From the NCBI GenBank assembly GCA_963696295.1, contig CAVOJR010000001.1:1312001-1376000 (forward strand): 64,000 nucleotides of DNA, given 5' to 3'. Both the position numbers and the translations under genes were made by a program. The stretch is from an uncultured Chlamydiae bacterium (GTDB lineage: Bacteria > Chlamydiota > Chlamydiia > Chlamydiales > JAJFMB01). The notes beneath the pieces were generated by a model, which had not been told where the DNA came from, did not search any database, and saw nothing but the letters and a program-made list of their open reading frames with translations. Numbering within the stretch: position 1 is the first letter of the stretch; every line of letters begins with the position of its first letter. This document shows, piece after piece, positions 9,818 to 22,066 of the stretch.

Positions 9818-10325
9818 CGCACTCCTCGCCTAAAAAGCCAAAACGGCGCCGGATGGCCAGGTTGTCAATCAACTCTTTTACCCGCTCCTCGTCTAAATTC
9901 CTGGCTTTAGCCACGCGCGCGATCTGAAAATAAGCAGCGGGAAGGGAGAGATGGGGATCGAGTCCGCTGCCTGAGGCAAACAAAAGCTCTGCGGGGATAT
10001 CCTGTCTATTATGCGCTTTGATCCACTTTTCCCGCCGCTCGTCGACCGCTTTTTTTAATGCGGCGCTGGTAGGGCCAAAATTGCTTCCGCCGGAAGGAAG
10101 AGGGTTATAGTCAATTGCCGAAGGGCGGCTCCAAAAGTACTTTGCGCTTTCAAACTTTTGGCCAATCAGCTCGGCTCCCACCCTCCTTCCCTCAGTAAAA
10201 ACAAAATTTCCCTCCGCTTTCTGCTTCATCGTCAAAGCAATCAGCGTGATCAATAAAGGATAGAGCAGTCCTGTCAGAAGAGTCAGCCAAAGGAACATGC
10301 GTACATTAATCCAGAATTTTTTCAA
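9780..10325 (-). CDS. kdpC: K+-transporting ATPase subunit C
   Basis: GAELIGQKF, YFWSRPSA, ASGSGLDPH and VNVLLLNIALD. TTG start overlaps the kdpA stop. Confidence 0.93.
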   Translation of the reverse strand: MKKFWINVRMFLWLTLLTGLLYPLLITLIALTMKQKAEGNFVFTEGRRVGAELIGQKFESAKYFWSRPSAIDYNPLPSGGSNFGPTSAALKKAVDERREKWIKAHNRQDIPAELLFASGSGLDPHLSLPAAYFQIARVAKARNLDEERVKELIDNLAIRRRFGFLGEECVNVLLLNIALDG

Positions 10326-11983
10326 AATGAGTATCCTTTAAGCATAAGCAATTGTTCGACAATAGGTCCCAGGGACAAAGCGGGAAAGAAGGTCAATGCC
10401 CCTACAATCAGGATAACGCTGATCAGCAAGACAAAAAACAAAAAGGAATCGGTAGAAAAAGTGCCTGAAGAGCGGGGGGCGGTCTTCTTTTTCACCAGCG
10501 AACCGGCAATGGCGAGGCTTGGTAAAATGATGGAGATCCTTCCCAGCAGCATGACCACTCCAAGAGTGATATTGTAGTAAGCGGTATTGGCATTTAACCC
10601 GGAAAAGGCGCTGCCATTATCTCCTGCACAAGAGGTAAAGGCGTATAATATTTCCGATAAGCCGTGGGGTCCCCGGTTGCCCAAACTGGATAACGCCTCA
10701 GGTAAAATAGAGGAAATTCCCGATCCAATCAAAATCAAAGCCCCGGGCAGTAACACGCCTACGACCACCCATTGCATTTCCCGCTTCTCAATCTTTTTAC
10801 CCAGATATTCCGGGGTTCTCCCGACCATGAGACCCGACAAAAAAACCGTCAAAAGAGTCAGCATGATCATGCTGCATAAGCCAACCCCCACGCCGCCAAA
10901 GATAAGCTCTCCCAGCATGATGTTAAACAAGGCAATGCCGCCTGCCAGAGGAGAAAGGCTGTCAAGCATGGCATTGAATGAGCCGTTGCCCGTGGCCGTG
11001 GTAGAAACCGTCCACAGCAGACTATTCGCCACTCCAAGGCGGGTCTCCTTCCCTTCCAAATTGGGATAGGCGTTAAAAAGAGGGTTTTGCATCTGTTCCG
11101 AGCTGAAGGCCGCTAAATTCCCGGCCGCCCAGAAAATCAGCATAGCGAAAAAGAGCAGCCAGGCGTGCCTCCTGGAGCCGATCATAAGACCGTAAGTATA
11201 CACCGTAGCGGCAGGGATGAGAATAATGGCCAGCATTTCCAGAAAATTGGACAAAGCGGTCGGATTTTCAAATGGGTGGGCGCTATTGACATTGAAAAAG
11301 CCCCCGCCATTCGTGCCGAGCTGCTTGATGGCGATTTGAGAGGCTGCAGGCCCAAGCGGAATAGTCTGCTTCCCATTTTCCAGGGTGGTCACTTCTATGT
11401 AAGGAGACAAAGTCTGAACCACTCCCTCGCCGACCAAAACAACCGCCATGATCATCGAAAGAGGGAGCAGGATATAAACCACCATGCGCACCAGATCAAC
11501 CCAAAAATTCCCCACCGTATCAGTTGACTTTCTGCTGAAACCCCTTGTCAGGGTAAGCAGAGCGGCCATTCCGGTGGACGCACTTAAAAAATTATGGGAA
11601 GTCAGGCCGAGCATTTGGGTGAGATAGCTCAAAGTGGTTTCGCCGGCATAGGCTTGCCAATTGGCGTTAGTTGTGAAGCTGATGGCCGTGTTAAAAGCGA
11701 GGGCCCAGGGAACGCCGGGAAAATTTTGCGGGTTAAGGGGGAGATAGCCTTGGATCAGCTGCTGAAAAAAGAGAGTAATAAATCCGAGGGAGTTAAAGAG
11801 CAGCAAGGCTTTGCCGTAATCCGACCACGACATTTCCTCGTTGGGATCGGCTCCACTGATGTAATAGCAAAGATTTTCCAGCCATCTGAAGAAATGGACT
11901 TTCCCCGTGAACACATGGGCCATATAGGTTCCGAGGAGAGGAGTAACGGCGATGAACACCGCAGTAAAGAAGAGAAATTGCAT
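10322..11983 (-). CDS. kdpA: K+-transporting ATPase subunit A
   Basis: LPLNPQ, KQLGTNGGGFFNVNSAHPFENP, GLMVGRTPEYLGKKIE and ALTFFPALSLGPI. Confidence 0.95.
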   Translation of the reverse strand: MQFLFFTAVFIAVTPLLGTYMAHVFTGKVHFFRWLENLCYYISGADPNEEMSWSDYGKALLLFNSLGFITLFFQQLIQGYLPLNPQNFPGVPWALAFNTAISFTTNANWQAYAGETTLSYLTQMLGLTSHNFLSASTGMAALLTLTRGFSRKSTDTVGNFWVDLVRMVVYILLPLSMIMAVVLVGEGVVQTLSPYIEVTTLENGKQTIPLGPAASQIAIKQLGTNGGGFFNVNSAHPFENPTALSNFLEMLAIILIPAATVYTYGLMIGSRRHAWLLFFAMLIFWAAGNLAAFSSEQMQNPLFNAYPNLEGKETRLGVANSLLWTVSTTATGNGSFNAMLDSLSPLAGGIALFNIMLGELIFGGVGVGLCSMIMLTLLTVFLSGLMVGRTPEYLGKKIEKREMQWVVVGVLLPGALILIGSGISSILPEALSSLGNRGPHGLSEILYAFTSCAGDNGSAFSGLNANTAYYNITLGVVMLLGRISIILPSLAIAGSLVKKKTAPRSSGTFSTDSFLFFVLLISVILIVGALTFFPALSLGPIVEQLLMLKGYSF

Positions 11984-12454
11984 CTATCCCATGCCCTTAA
12001 TAGCTTTTAACACTCTGGCTACATGCCCTTCCACATGGACCGGATGCTCAACCCAGCGGATGACCCCATTGCGGTCGACGATAAAGGTGGAGCGGATGAT
12101 TTTGTGTTTTTCATGAACCGTTTTGATCAGATCAAAGGCTCTGTACATCTTAAAGTGGTCATCGGATAGCAGCAGATAATTGAGGCGATGTTCCTCGTAG
12201 TATTTTTTATTGATCTCGACGCTATAGGGGCTGACGCCTGCGATGATGATATTTAGGGCGTCGAACTCCTCAAAATGATCCCGGAAATCCTCAACGATGA
12301 ATTGAGTTCTCAGGGCGTTCTCTTTGGAATAAAAAAATATCACCGAGCTCATCCCCGCGAGGATGTCATTATTGATTTCCATCCCATCCTGGTTCAGCGC
12401 GTGAAAGGCAGGGAGGAAATCGCCTACTTTTACCTTAAATTCCATAACATACAA
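11984..12454 (-). CDS. BCP/PrxQ-like peroxiredoxin-fold protein with no cysteine
   Basis: VGDFLPAF, FFYSK, DFRD, GVSP, YLLLSD and RSTFIVD match the BCP fold. The PxxxTxxC motif is absent. Confidence 0.8.
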   Translation of the reverse strand: MYVMEFKVKVGDFLPAFHALNQDGMEINNDILAGMSSVIFFYSKENALRTQFIVEDFRDHFEEFDALNIIIAGVSPYSVEINKKYYEEHRLNYLLLSDDHFKMYRAFDLIKTVHEKHKIIRSTFIVDRNGVIRWVEHPVHVEGHVARVLKAIKGMG

Positions 12455-12496
12455 TCAAATTGCAACTTATCTACTACCTTTACTATACTTCCCCAT

Positions 12497-13477
12497 ATGA
12501 ACACTATAGAAATTCGCCCCAGGCGCAACCGCAAATCCCCGGCCATCCGCACCCTGGTGCAGGAAACGCGCCTTCTGCCATGCGATTTTGTGGTTCCCCT
12601 GTTTATCATAGAAGGGGAGAAGCGGAAAGAGCCCATAGCGAGCATGCCCGGCATCGACCGGCTCACGATCGATCTTGCGATTGAGGAAGTGATTGATCTC
12701 TATCAGCTTGGCGTTCGGGCCGTCGACTTGTTCCCGGTCATCCCCAAAGACCTGAAAGACTCAAGCGGTTCCGCGGCGCTAAGAGAGGACGCCCTCCTGT
12801 TTCGCGCCTTAACGGCTCTAAAGAGGGAGATTCCCGAAATGTGCCTCATGGTCGACATAGCCCTCGACCCTTACACCGACCACGGGCACGACGGCCTGGT
12901 GAATTCGGAGGGGATCATTCTCAACGACCCCACCGTCGAGATGCTCGGAAGGCTCTCCGCAATGGCCGCGGAAGCCGGTGCTGACGTCGTGGCTCCGAGC
13001 GACATGATGGATGGGCGGGTGGCGCATATCCGCCGCTCGCTGGACCACGCCGGCTATCAGGATGTGAGCATTCTCTCCTATGCGGCCAAATACGCCTCTT
13101 CCTTTTACGGCCCCTTTCGGGAGGCCCTCCAGTCCGCCCCGAAATTCGGCGACAAAAAGAGCTATCAGATGGATCCGGCCAACGTGCGCGAGGCGCTGAG
13201 GGAGTGCGCTTTAGATGAAGCCGAGGGGGCCGATATGCTCCTGATCAAGCCCGCGCTCGCCTATTTAGACATTATCGCCAAAGTGAAGGCCCAAACCAAC
13301 CTGCCCTTGGGCGCCTACCATGTCAGCGGCGAATATGCGATGGTGATGGCGGCGCATGAGAGGGGCTGGCTGAATGCCCCCAAGGTCTTTCAGGAAAGTT
13401 TGACAGCGATCAAGCGCGCCGGCGCCGACTTTATCCTCACCTACGCCGCGCGGCATATCCTCACCGCTGAAATTTGA
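12497..13477 (+). CDS. hemB: Porphobilinogen synthase
   Basis: RPRRNR, DIALDPYTDHGHDG, APSDMMDGRV, SSFYGPFREA and AYHVSGEY. Confidence 0.96.
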   Translation: MNTIEIRPRRNRKSPAIRTLVQETRLLPCDFVVPLFIIEGEKRKEPIASMPGIDRLTIDLAIEEVIDLYQLGVRAVDLFPVIPKDLKDSSGSAALREDALLFRALTALKREIPEMCLMVDIALDPYTDHGHDGLVNSEGIILNDPTVEMLGRLSAMAAEAGADVVAPSDMMDGRVAHIRRSLDHAGYQDVSILSYAAKYASSFYGPFREALQSAPKFGDKKSYQMDPANVREALRECALDEAEGADMLLIKPALAYLDIIAKVKAQTNLPLGAYHVSGEYAMVMAAHERGWLNAPKVFQESLTAIKRAGADFILTYAARHILTAEI

Positions 13478-13537
13478 GTGATTCCTTTTACACCTTTCAG
13501 TTCCGAATTTTGCTTCCAGCTGATATAATATGCAATT

Positions 13538-14221
13538 ATGCTGCGCTCCAGAATACACCCCTTACCCATTTATGATACCAGCGATAAGCAATTTTTTATT
13601 AAACGGGACGATGAACTTCCCAATGGGGGGTCAAAGTCGCGAAAATACACCTCCCTCCTACCGGCCATCATAGCCGGGGGGCACAAAAAGGTGGTCTTAA
13701 AGGGGGGGAAACACTCCAATCATATCTATTACTTTTCAAAGCTTTTAGAAGAGCATGGTTTGGAGATAGGCGACGAGGGCTTTGTCGTTGCGGAGGGGGG
13801 ATCGCAAAAGGAATCAATTGCAGGCGCCTTGACTTTGGCCAAAGATATTCCCGATGAGTTCGATCATATCTTGATCGATGCAGGCTCAGGTATGATGGCC
13901 GCAGCTCTTTTAAAAGGGGTTTCTGTTCCGGTGCATATTTTGCAACTGGCTCCGCTCGATTTTCAGAGGGCCTATGAAGAGTGGTTTGGGACTTTCCCAA
14001 AGAGCCGATGCGCCCTTTACCTCCCTGCGAAATGGAAATCGTTCGGTTCTTTTACCAAACCATTGCTGCGATTTATTTCAGATTTTACACAGGCAACGGG
14101 TATCCCTTTAGACCCCATTTATTCGGGAAAATTACTCTACTTTGCCCCCGAACTCACAAAAAATCTCAAAGGAAAGATTTTGATTGTCCATCAAGGTGTG
14201 TCTCCAAGATCTTTTTCCTAG
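13538..14221 (+). CDS. Short PLP-dependent D-cysteine desulfhydrase/ACC deaminase-like protein
   Basis: IKRDD...GGSKSRK, GGKHSNH, EGGS, AGSG and GIPLDPIYSGK. Only 227 aa. Confidence 0.7.
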   Translation: MLRSRIHPLPIYDTSDKQFFIKRDDELPNGGSKSRKYTSLLPAIIAGGHKKVVLKGGKHSNHIYYFSKLLEEHGLEIGDEGFVVAEGGSQKESIAGALTLAKDIPDEFDHILIDAGSGMMAAALLKGVSVPVHILQLAPLDFQRAYEEWFGTFPKSRCALYLPAKWKSFGSFTKPLLRFISDFTQATGIPLDPIYSGKLLYFAPELTKNLKGKILIVHQGVSPRSFS

Positions 14222-14226
14222 AATTC

Positions 14227-16347
14227 TTACCTCCACTGGCGCTGGTCGTTGATTGTGTTGTAGAGGCTGTCGCCGGTATAGGCAAAATACCCGACATCCC
14301 TCAGCCAGGCCGAAAGGCCGTAGTACCACTTGTCCCGCTCCGTATGGGTATAGAAAATATCCATCGGCATCGAAAGCTCTATCCCTTTATCATAATACTG
14401 ATGCCCGTTCACCCGGTCGTTGCCGTTGGTCCAGGTATACCAGATGGTGATGCGGAGGCCGCTTTGAAAATAGCGGGATAGCTCAAAGCGGGCGCCCCAG
14501 TCGTTGGCCAGGAATTTGCCAGCCTTTACCTTGGCTTCAATATTGAGCTTTGAAAAACTGTAGTAGAAATCGAGGAAATATTGGGAGCCGGTGAAAGGGA
14601 CCCATTTCTCCTGGTACCCCTCCAGCTTCCGGATGGTGTTTTCAAAGCCGAGCCCGGTCTTGGTGCGGCGCTTCAGCACAGCGCCCTCAAGGCCGAACGC
14701 GAATTGGCAGTCGCTAATGGGATAATAGAGGATTTCCCCGCCCGCGCCCCCATACATCTGATCGAAATAGCCGAGGCTCAAGCGGGAAAACCACCCTCTT
14801 CCCAGATACCAGTTTTTCTGGAGGTAGAATTCATCGAAGGTCACCCCTTTTTGCCTGAAATAATCGACGACTTCGGTATGCACGTTAATCAGCTGGGAGG
14901 GATTGAGGAGATCGACCGAGGTCACCCCTTCCAAATCAGTGAAAAAGGTGGTCCCCAGCAAAAGGGAGTAGTAGATATCCCCCCATAAAAAGCCGTTTAC
15001 GCCGTAATTGAGCCCTAAAGCGTACTTGAATTTTCCCCGCGAACTGCCAAAAAGGGTTCTGGTTTTGGGCAGCAGCTCAAAATTGACCAGATCAAGGGGT
15101 TTCTTAAACACCACTTTCATCGGGGGGTAGCAGCGGGGATTGCAAGTGGGAACCACGGCATCCAACTCGGGATTGCCCGCCCAGCCGACGCTGAATTTCC
15201 GCACAAACGCCATCGGATAAACATACTCCTGAACCGGGAACCCCTCCGATTCCTGCACGATGATCACCTCATCGACATCGATGGGAGTGAGATAGGCCAC
15301 CAGATTGTTCAAGCGGAGGCGCACATCGGCCTCAAGGCGGTATTTGTTATTATAGACCACCATTTTCATCCGCTTTTTGCCGCAGCACTCGTCTAACGCA
15401 ACCTCTAAAAGATCAAAGCCTTGTGCTCTCATCGCATAATAAAAATCCTGGGCCATGACATTTTCCGGCCGCAAAGGGCCTACCCTCTCGATATTGATCG
15501 GCGCCCTGTAAGGAAGTGCGTCGTCTATTTTTGGCAAAAAACCTTTGGTGCAGCCGAAATTGTAAAAAGCGGAGATGGAGCCGGCTAATTTTTTGCCGCG
15601 GACATAACTTAAGCTGAAGTCGATATGATCGAACAGGCGATACTTTATACCTGCGTTGAACCGGGTCTTATAATCTCGCCCTCCGGGGTGGGGATCCTTC
15701 TGATAATTGGTGCCGTCAAATTCCGCCACGAGGCAAAAGGGCCTGAGATAGGGAACGGGAGATGAGAGAAACGGCATCCAATTGGCGCCGCCGAACCACC
15801 CTTTGAAGCGGTCAACCCCCGCCCCGATGCTCCACTCCAGATTGAGCCGGGGATGCACCTTGGTCATGACAAGGTATTCGCCGTTAAAGGCTTTCGTTCC
15901 CAAAAAATCATCAACCCCCAAGGCGAAACCTGGGAGGGCATAGTCGCTGTCTTCCGGTTTGAGGATGGCGATTTTCAAGTTGGCCCCCTTATCGGAAAAA
16001 TCCCCGAATCCTTTGCAGGACAAGAGCGGATCCTCGACGCCGATAAAGACGCGGTAATTCCCTGTAGCCTCGAGCCAGTTGGTCAGCTGGGCGCGCAAAC
16101 TGTAGATGCTGTAAGGGGAGACGTAGGCCCAGCCGGCTCCAAGCTCCCCGGCACACCCCATGCGGGCGGAGGGCATATTGATGTACCCCCCCTGGAGCAG
16201 GTGGTTGTAGGTCACGGGGTAGCGTTTGGAAAGATAACAATCCCAAAAGTTTACGAGCATGAGATCCCGCATCAGGCCCTCCCCGTCCTGGGCATGTGCT
16301 GAGGAACATAAGAGGAAGAATATTAGTACTTTTAAGAAGAGTCTCAT
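14227..16347 (-). CDS. YjbH-family outer-membrane beta-barrel protein
   Basis: Signal peptide MRLFLKVLIFF...AHA-Q, then GGYINMPSARM, LGVDDFLGT, GYFDQMYGGAGGE, GKFLANDWG and DKGIELSMPMD. Confidence 0.82.
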   Translation of the reverse strand: MRLFLKVLIFFLLCSSAHAQDGEGLMRDLMLVNFWDCYLSKRYPVTYNHLLQGGYINMPSARMGCAGELGAGWAYVSPYSIYSLRAQLTNWLEATGNYRVFIGVEDPLLSCKGFGDFSDKGANLKIAILKPEDSDYALPGFALGVDDFLGTKAFNGEYLVMTKVHPRLNLEWSIGAGVDRFKGWFGGANWMPFLSSPVPYLRPFCLVAEFDGTNYQKDPHPGGRDYKTRFNAGIKYRLFDHIDFSLSYVRGKKLAGSISAFYNFGCTKGFLPKIDDALPYRAPINIERVGPLRPENVMAQDFYYAMRAQGFDLLEVALDECCGKKRMKMVVYNNKYRLEADVRLRLNNLVAYLTPIDVDEVIIVQESEGFPVQEYVYPMAFVRKFSVGWAGNPELDAVVPTCNPRCYPPMKVVFKKPLDLVNFELLPKTRTLFGSSRGKFKYALGLNYGVNGFLWGDIYYSLLLGTTFFTDLEGVTSVDLLNPSQLINVHTEVVDYFRQKGVTFDEFYLQKNWYLGRGWFSRLSLGYFDQMYGGAGGEILYYPISDCQFAFGLEGAVLKRRTKTGLGFENTIRKLEGYQEKWVPFTGSQYFLDFYYSFSKLNIEAKVKAGKFLANDWGARFELSRYFQSGLRITIWYTWTNGNDRVNGHQYYDKGIELSMPMDIFYTHTERDKWYYGLSAWLRDVGYFAYTGDSLYNTINDQRQWR

Positions 16348-16443
16348 TTCTTTAGAAGAGAATACTCTCCCGTGCAGAAAAATGCAAGTTACGGATAGTT
16401 CAAATGACTTGTCATTTAATCTTAAAAAAATTAAAGGGTGGGT

Positions 16444-19075
<2,632 letters not shown>

Positions 19076-19089
<14 letters not shown>

Positions 19090-19795
19090 TTTCCTATTTT
19101 TACTCTTCCTTTGTTTCACTAAATTGCCTGGCGATGAATGGCAAAGAGTCTACTTGGCTTCTTTTCCAAGATCGGGAAATCACTGGGTGAGGAGCCTCAT
19201 CGAAGAATCGACTCATATCGCCACCGGCTCGGTCTATCGGGATAAAAAACCGGTTCATTCAAATAATCCTTTCCCATGGGGCGGCTATTGCGCAAAAAAT
19301 AGCAACTGGCGATACCCTGAACTAGATGATATTGTTGTAATAAAAACGCATTACCCTCAATTCAGTACTAAATTCGATTTACAGCCTTGTCTAAAAGTTA
19401 TCCGGATTGTAAGGCACCCCTTAGATTGTTTTGTTTCAGAATACGAAAAAAGACATCGCCAACCCTTCTATATTCCTGAGAAAGTGTTAAAAAAATATAT
19501 CGCCAACTGGAAGAAATTTCAAAATTACTGGAATAATCAGGAAAATGTGTTGACGATACGTTATGAGGATCTTTTAAAAGACCCTGAACACATTCTCAGA
19601 GAAATTTTAGAGGCTATTGGATATAAAGTTGCCGATGAAGATATAAAAAGAGCCCTATCCACGCATCCTCCCGTAGGGGCCCCATTGAAAAAGGCGCATA
19701 TTTTCTCTCAGTCCGACTGGGATTTGATTCAGAGCGAATTGCATGATTTACTGGAAATTTTCAATTACCTTGAATTTCAGCCGCGTACTTCTTAA
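19076..19795 (+). CDS. Sulfotransferase-domain protein with a hydrophobic N-terminus
   Basis: PAPS-binding YLASFPRSGNHW, IKTH, IVRHPLD.FVS and IRYEDL. Confidence 0.85.
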
Positions 19796-21131
19796 GCCCG
19801 TGTTTCACGATATCGACCATCTCAATCTTCGATGGACAAACGAACGTGGGCAGCGCGAAGTCCTCGCTATCCACCTCTAAAATCCCGAGCTGGTCCGCCA
19901 AATCAAAATCCTCTGCCATAATCGATTTCACAAGCAATATCGTCGAAATATCCAGTGGCATTACCTTATCATAGAGCGAGCCGTCGATAAAAGGGCGGTG
20001 CTCTCCATGGAGGCTGGTAGTGAAGGGATATTCCCGGTTTTGCGCATTGAGATGGCCGGTCAAATAGGCCCGGCTGAAAGTGAAATTTTTTAGCCCTAAG
20101 CGGAAAAAATGGAGAAAATCGCGCTTCACTTTTTCCGGAATCACACAAAAAACAAAGTCGTTAAAGCCTAAGAAATCCTCAGCTTCCACCTTTCTGCCGT
20201 TTAAGGGATCGCCGGAGATCAGGCGCGAAAATCCCTTTTTGATCCGGCCGGCGATCAACGAGACAACCGGGTAGCCCGCCCTCGCACGGAAATAACCGAT
20301 TTTCTCGGGGATCACGGCGGGACCGGCGATGCTGATAATCTTATCAACAAAATACCTGCCCGTCCTCAAGTAATGGCCGATGACCACCACGTCGTGGGCG
20401 CTGAGGGCCCAAACGACATCCTCATAGGAGCGGATTGGATCGATGGCCTGGATATGCACCGAGTGGTTGGCGGCCGGGTGGGGACCGGCTGCCGTGTGCA
20501 AGACCACCTCTTTGGCCTGTAAAAATGCCGGGCACCGGGACCCTTTTTTATAGACCAGATGGACAAATCCGTCGGTCAATTTCGAAAGAGCGGTCAACCC
20601 GGCCTGAAAATCCCCCTCATGCCCCTCAACCTGCATCTCGGCCGGCGGTAGGAAAGGAGCGGTTTCGAGGGCCTTAACAAAAATGCTGCGCGGCTTTTTA
20701 GCCGGATCGGCAAGAACACCGAAGGGCCTTTGCCGGATATGGGCAAAACAACCCCCTTTTTTTAACGCTTCAATGAGATCTTCCCGGCTTGCGGTATTGG
20801 GATTGACGGCTGCGTTTTCGCAATATTCCTCCCCTTTAACATCGATCACGACATCCAGAATCCGCCTTTTAAGACCCCGCCTGATTTCTCTGATCACCCC
20901 ATGGGCCGGGGAGACAAAATACCTGCCGGGGCAATTTTTGTCTTCAGCAATGGGGCTTCCGATTTTTACCAGATCGCCGGCTTTAGCGATCATGTGGAAT
21001 CTTACGTCTTCAAAAGGCTCGAGATTCAAAGAAATCTGCGAAGGGGGGGAAAGGGACACCACTTCCCGGTTTCCTTGGGGATGTCCTGCAATTGGAATAT
21101 CTAATCCTTTTTTTATTTTTATATCGACCAT
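19761..21131 (-). CDS. nqrA: Na+-translocating NADH:quinone reductase subunit A
   Basis: IKIKKGLDIPIAG, GPHPAAN, RLISGDPLNG and EDFALPTFVCPSKIE. Confidence 0.95.
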   Translation of the reverse strand: MVDIKIKKGLDIPIAGHPQGNREVVSLSPPSQISLNLEPFEDVRFHMIAKAGDLVKIGSPIAEDKNCPGRYFVSPAHGVIREIRRGLKRRILDVVIDVKGEEYCENAAVNPNTASREDLIEALKKGGCFAHIRQRPFGVLADPAKKPRSIFVKALETAPFLPPAEMQVEGHEGDFQAGLTALSKLTDGFVHLVYKKGSRCPAFLQAKEVVLHTAAGPHPAANHSVHIQAIDPIRSYEDVVWALSAHDVVVIGHYLRTGRYFVDKIISIAGPAVIPEKIGYFRARAGYPVVSLIAGRIKKGFSRLISGDPLNGRKVEAEDFLGFNDFVFCVIPEKVKRDFLHFFRLGLKNFTFSRAYLTGHLNAQNREYPFTTSLHGEHRPFIDGSLYDKVMPLDISTILLVKSIMAEDFDLADQLGILEVDSEDFALPTFVCPSKIEMVDIVKHGLKKYAAEIQGN

Positions 21132-21233
21132 GAGCGCCTCAAATTGTACCAAGCAGAGTTTAGCGAAATTGCGATTTATGCGCAAAAATAAATTTTAATC
21201 GCTTTTTATTATCTTTTATAGTAAAATGTTGTC

Positions 21234-22049
21234 ATGTTTATTGGAAATATTTGCCATATTTTGAAGCCTTGTTATATTGAAGCTGAAAATGGCTATACTA
21301 ATACAAAGACGTGGATCGCCGCTCACCGCGGTTTCATCGAATTGGCCGCTTCATTTGCTTTCAATCTCTCCCTGATCCGGTATTTCGCCAAGCCCTTGCT
21401 CTTCTTTGACGCAGCCCGCCATGTGCTGTTCGGCACGGCCGTTCAAGTCAGCTGGGTCGCCTATCGCCATTTTCATCCCGATTCCAAAATTCCTGAACCG
21501 GGCCAGCATATCGCAAGAACCTCGGCAGCCATTTTTGCCGGCCGAGCCGGACTGCAAACCGCTATACATGAAAGCGGCCACGCTCTTATGGCTCTTTGCT
21601 GTTTCTTGAAAGCAAACCCTGAAATTTCCATTTTTCCCTTTAAAGGGGGATCAACCAGCTACGCGGTTTCTTACGGAACCACCTCCTTTGGCGCTCTCCT
21701 TGGCAAAGAAGGGGCCTTAGTGCTCATCGCCGCCTCCGGGATGATGGCGACCACCGCCTCGGCTTTATTAGCCCTGGGCGCGGCCGATCAGCTGGAAAAA
21801 AAATATCCCCGCGTCGCCAAATGCCTGACCTACCAGTCTGCCGCCCACATTCTGATTGAGCTGGACTACGGGCGGCAAGTGTTTCTCACGAGTAAAAATG
21901 ACGTGGCGCACGATTTCATGTATATGTGGGAGTATGGGAAGATCCATCCGCTGATCCCCATGTTCTTAATAGCCGCGCTGCCCTTGAGTCTCTACGCCCT
22001 GTTGCAAAGGCGCAAACCTATTTGGCCTCGCAGCCGGCTCGAAAACTGA
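21234..22049 (+). CDS. Membrane metallopeptidase, M50/M50B-like
   Basis: HExxH motif (IHESGHA) among hydrophobic segments, with a downstream HDF. Confidence 0.65.
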   Translation: MFIGNICHILKPCYIEAENGYTNTKTWIAAHRGFIELAASFAFNLSLIRYFAKPLLFFDAARHVLFGTAVQVSWVAYRHFHPDSKIPEPGQHIARTSAAIFAGRAGLQTAIHESGHALMALCCFLKANPEISIFPFKGGSTSYAVSYGTTSFGALLGKEGALVLIAASGMMATTASALLALGAADQLEKKYPRVAKCLTYQSAAHILIELDYGRQVFLTSKNDVAHDFMYMWEYGKIHPLIPMFLIAALPLSLYALLQRRKPIWPRSRLEN

Positions 22050-22066
22050 CCGAAGAGGCGAACCAA

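Noticed and set aside
12275..12496. N-terminal extension of hemB in the ORF track
   Set aside because: Overlaps the divergent BCP-like gene. Homology begins at MNTIEIRPRR (12497).
19761..21131. nqrA without nqrB-F
   Set aside because: A split nqr locus is usual in chlamydiae.
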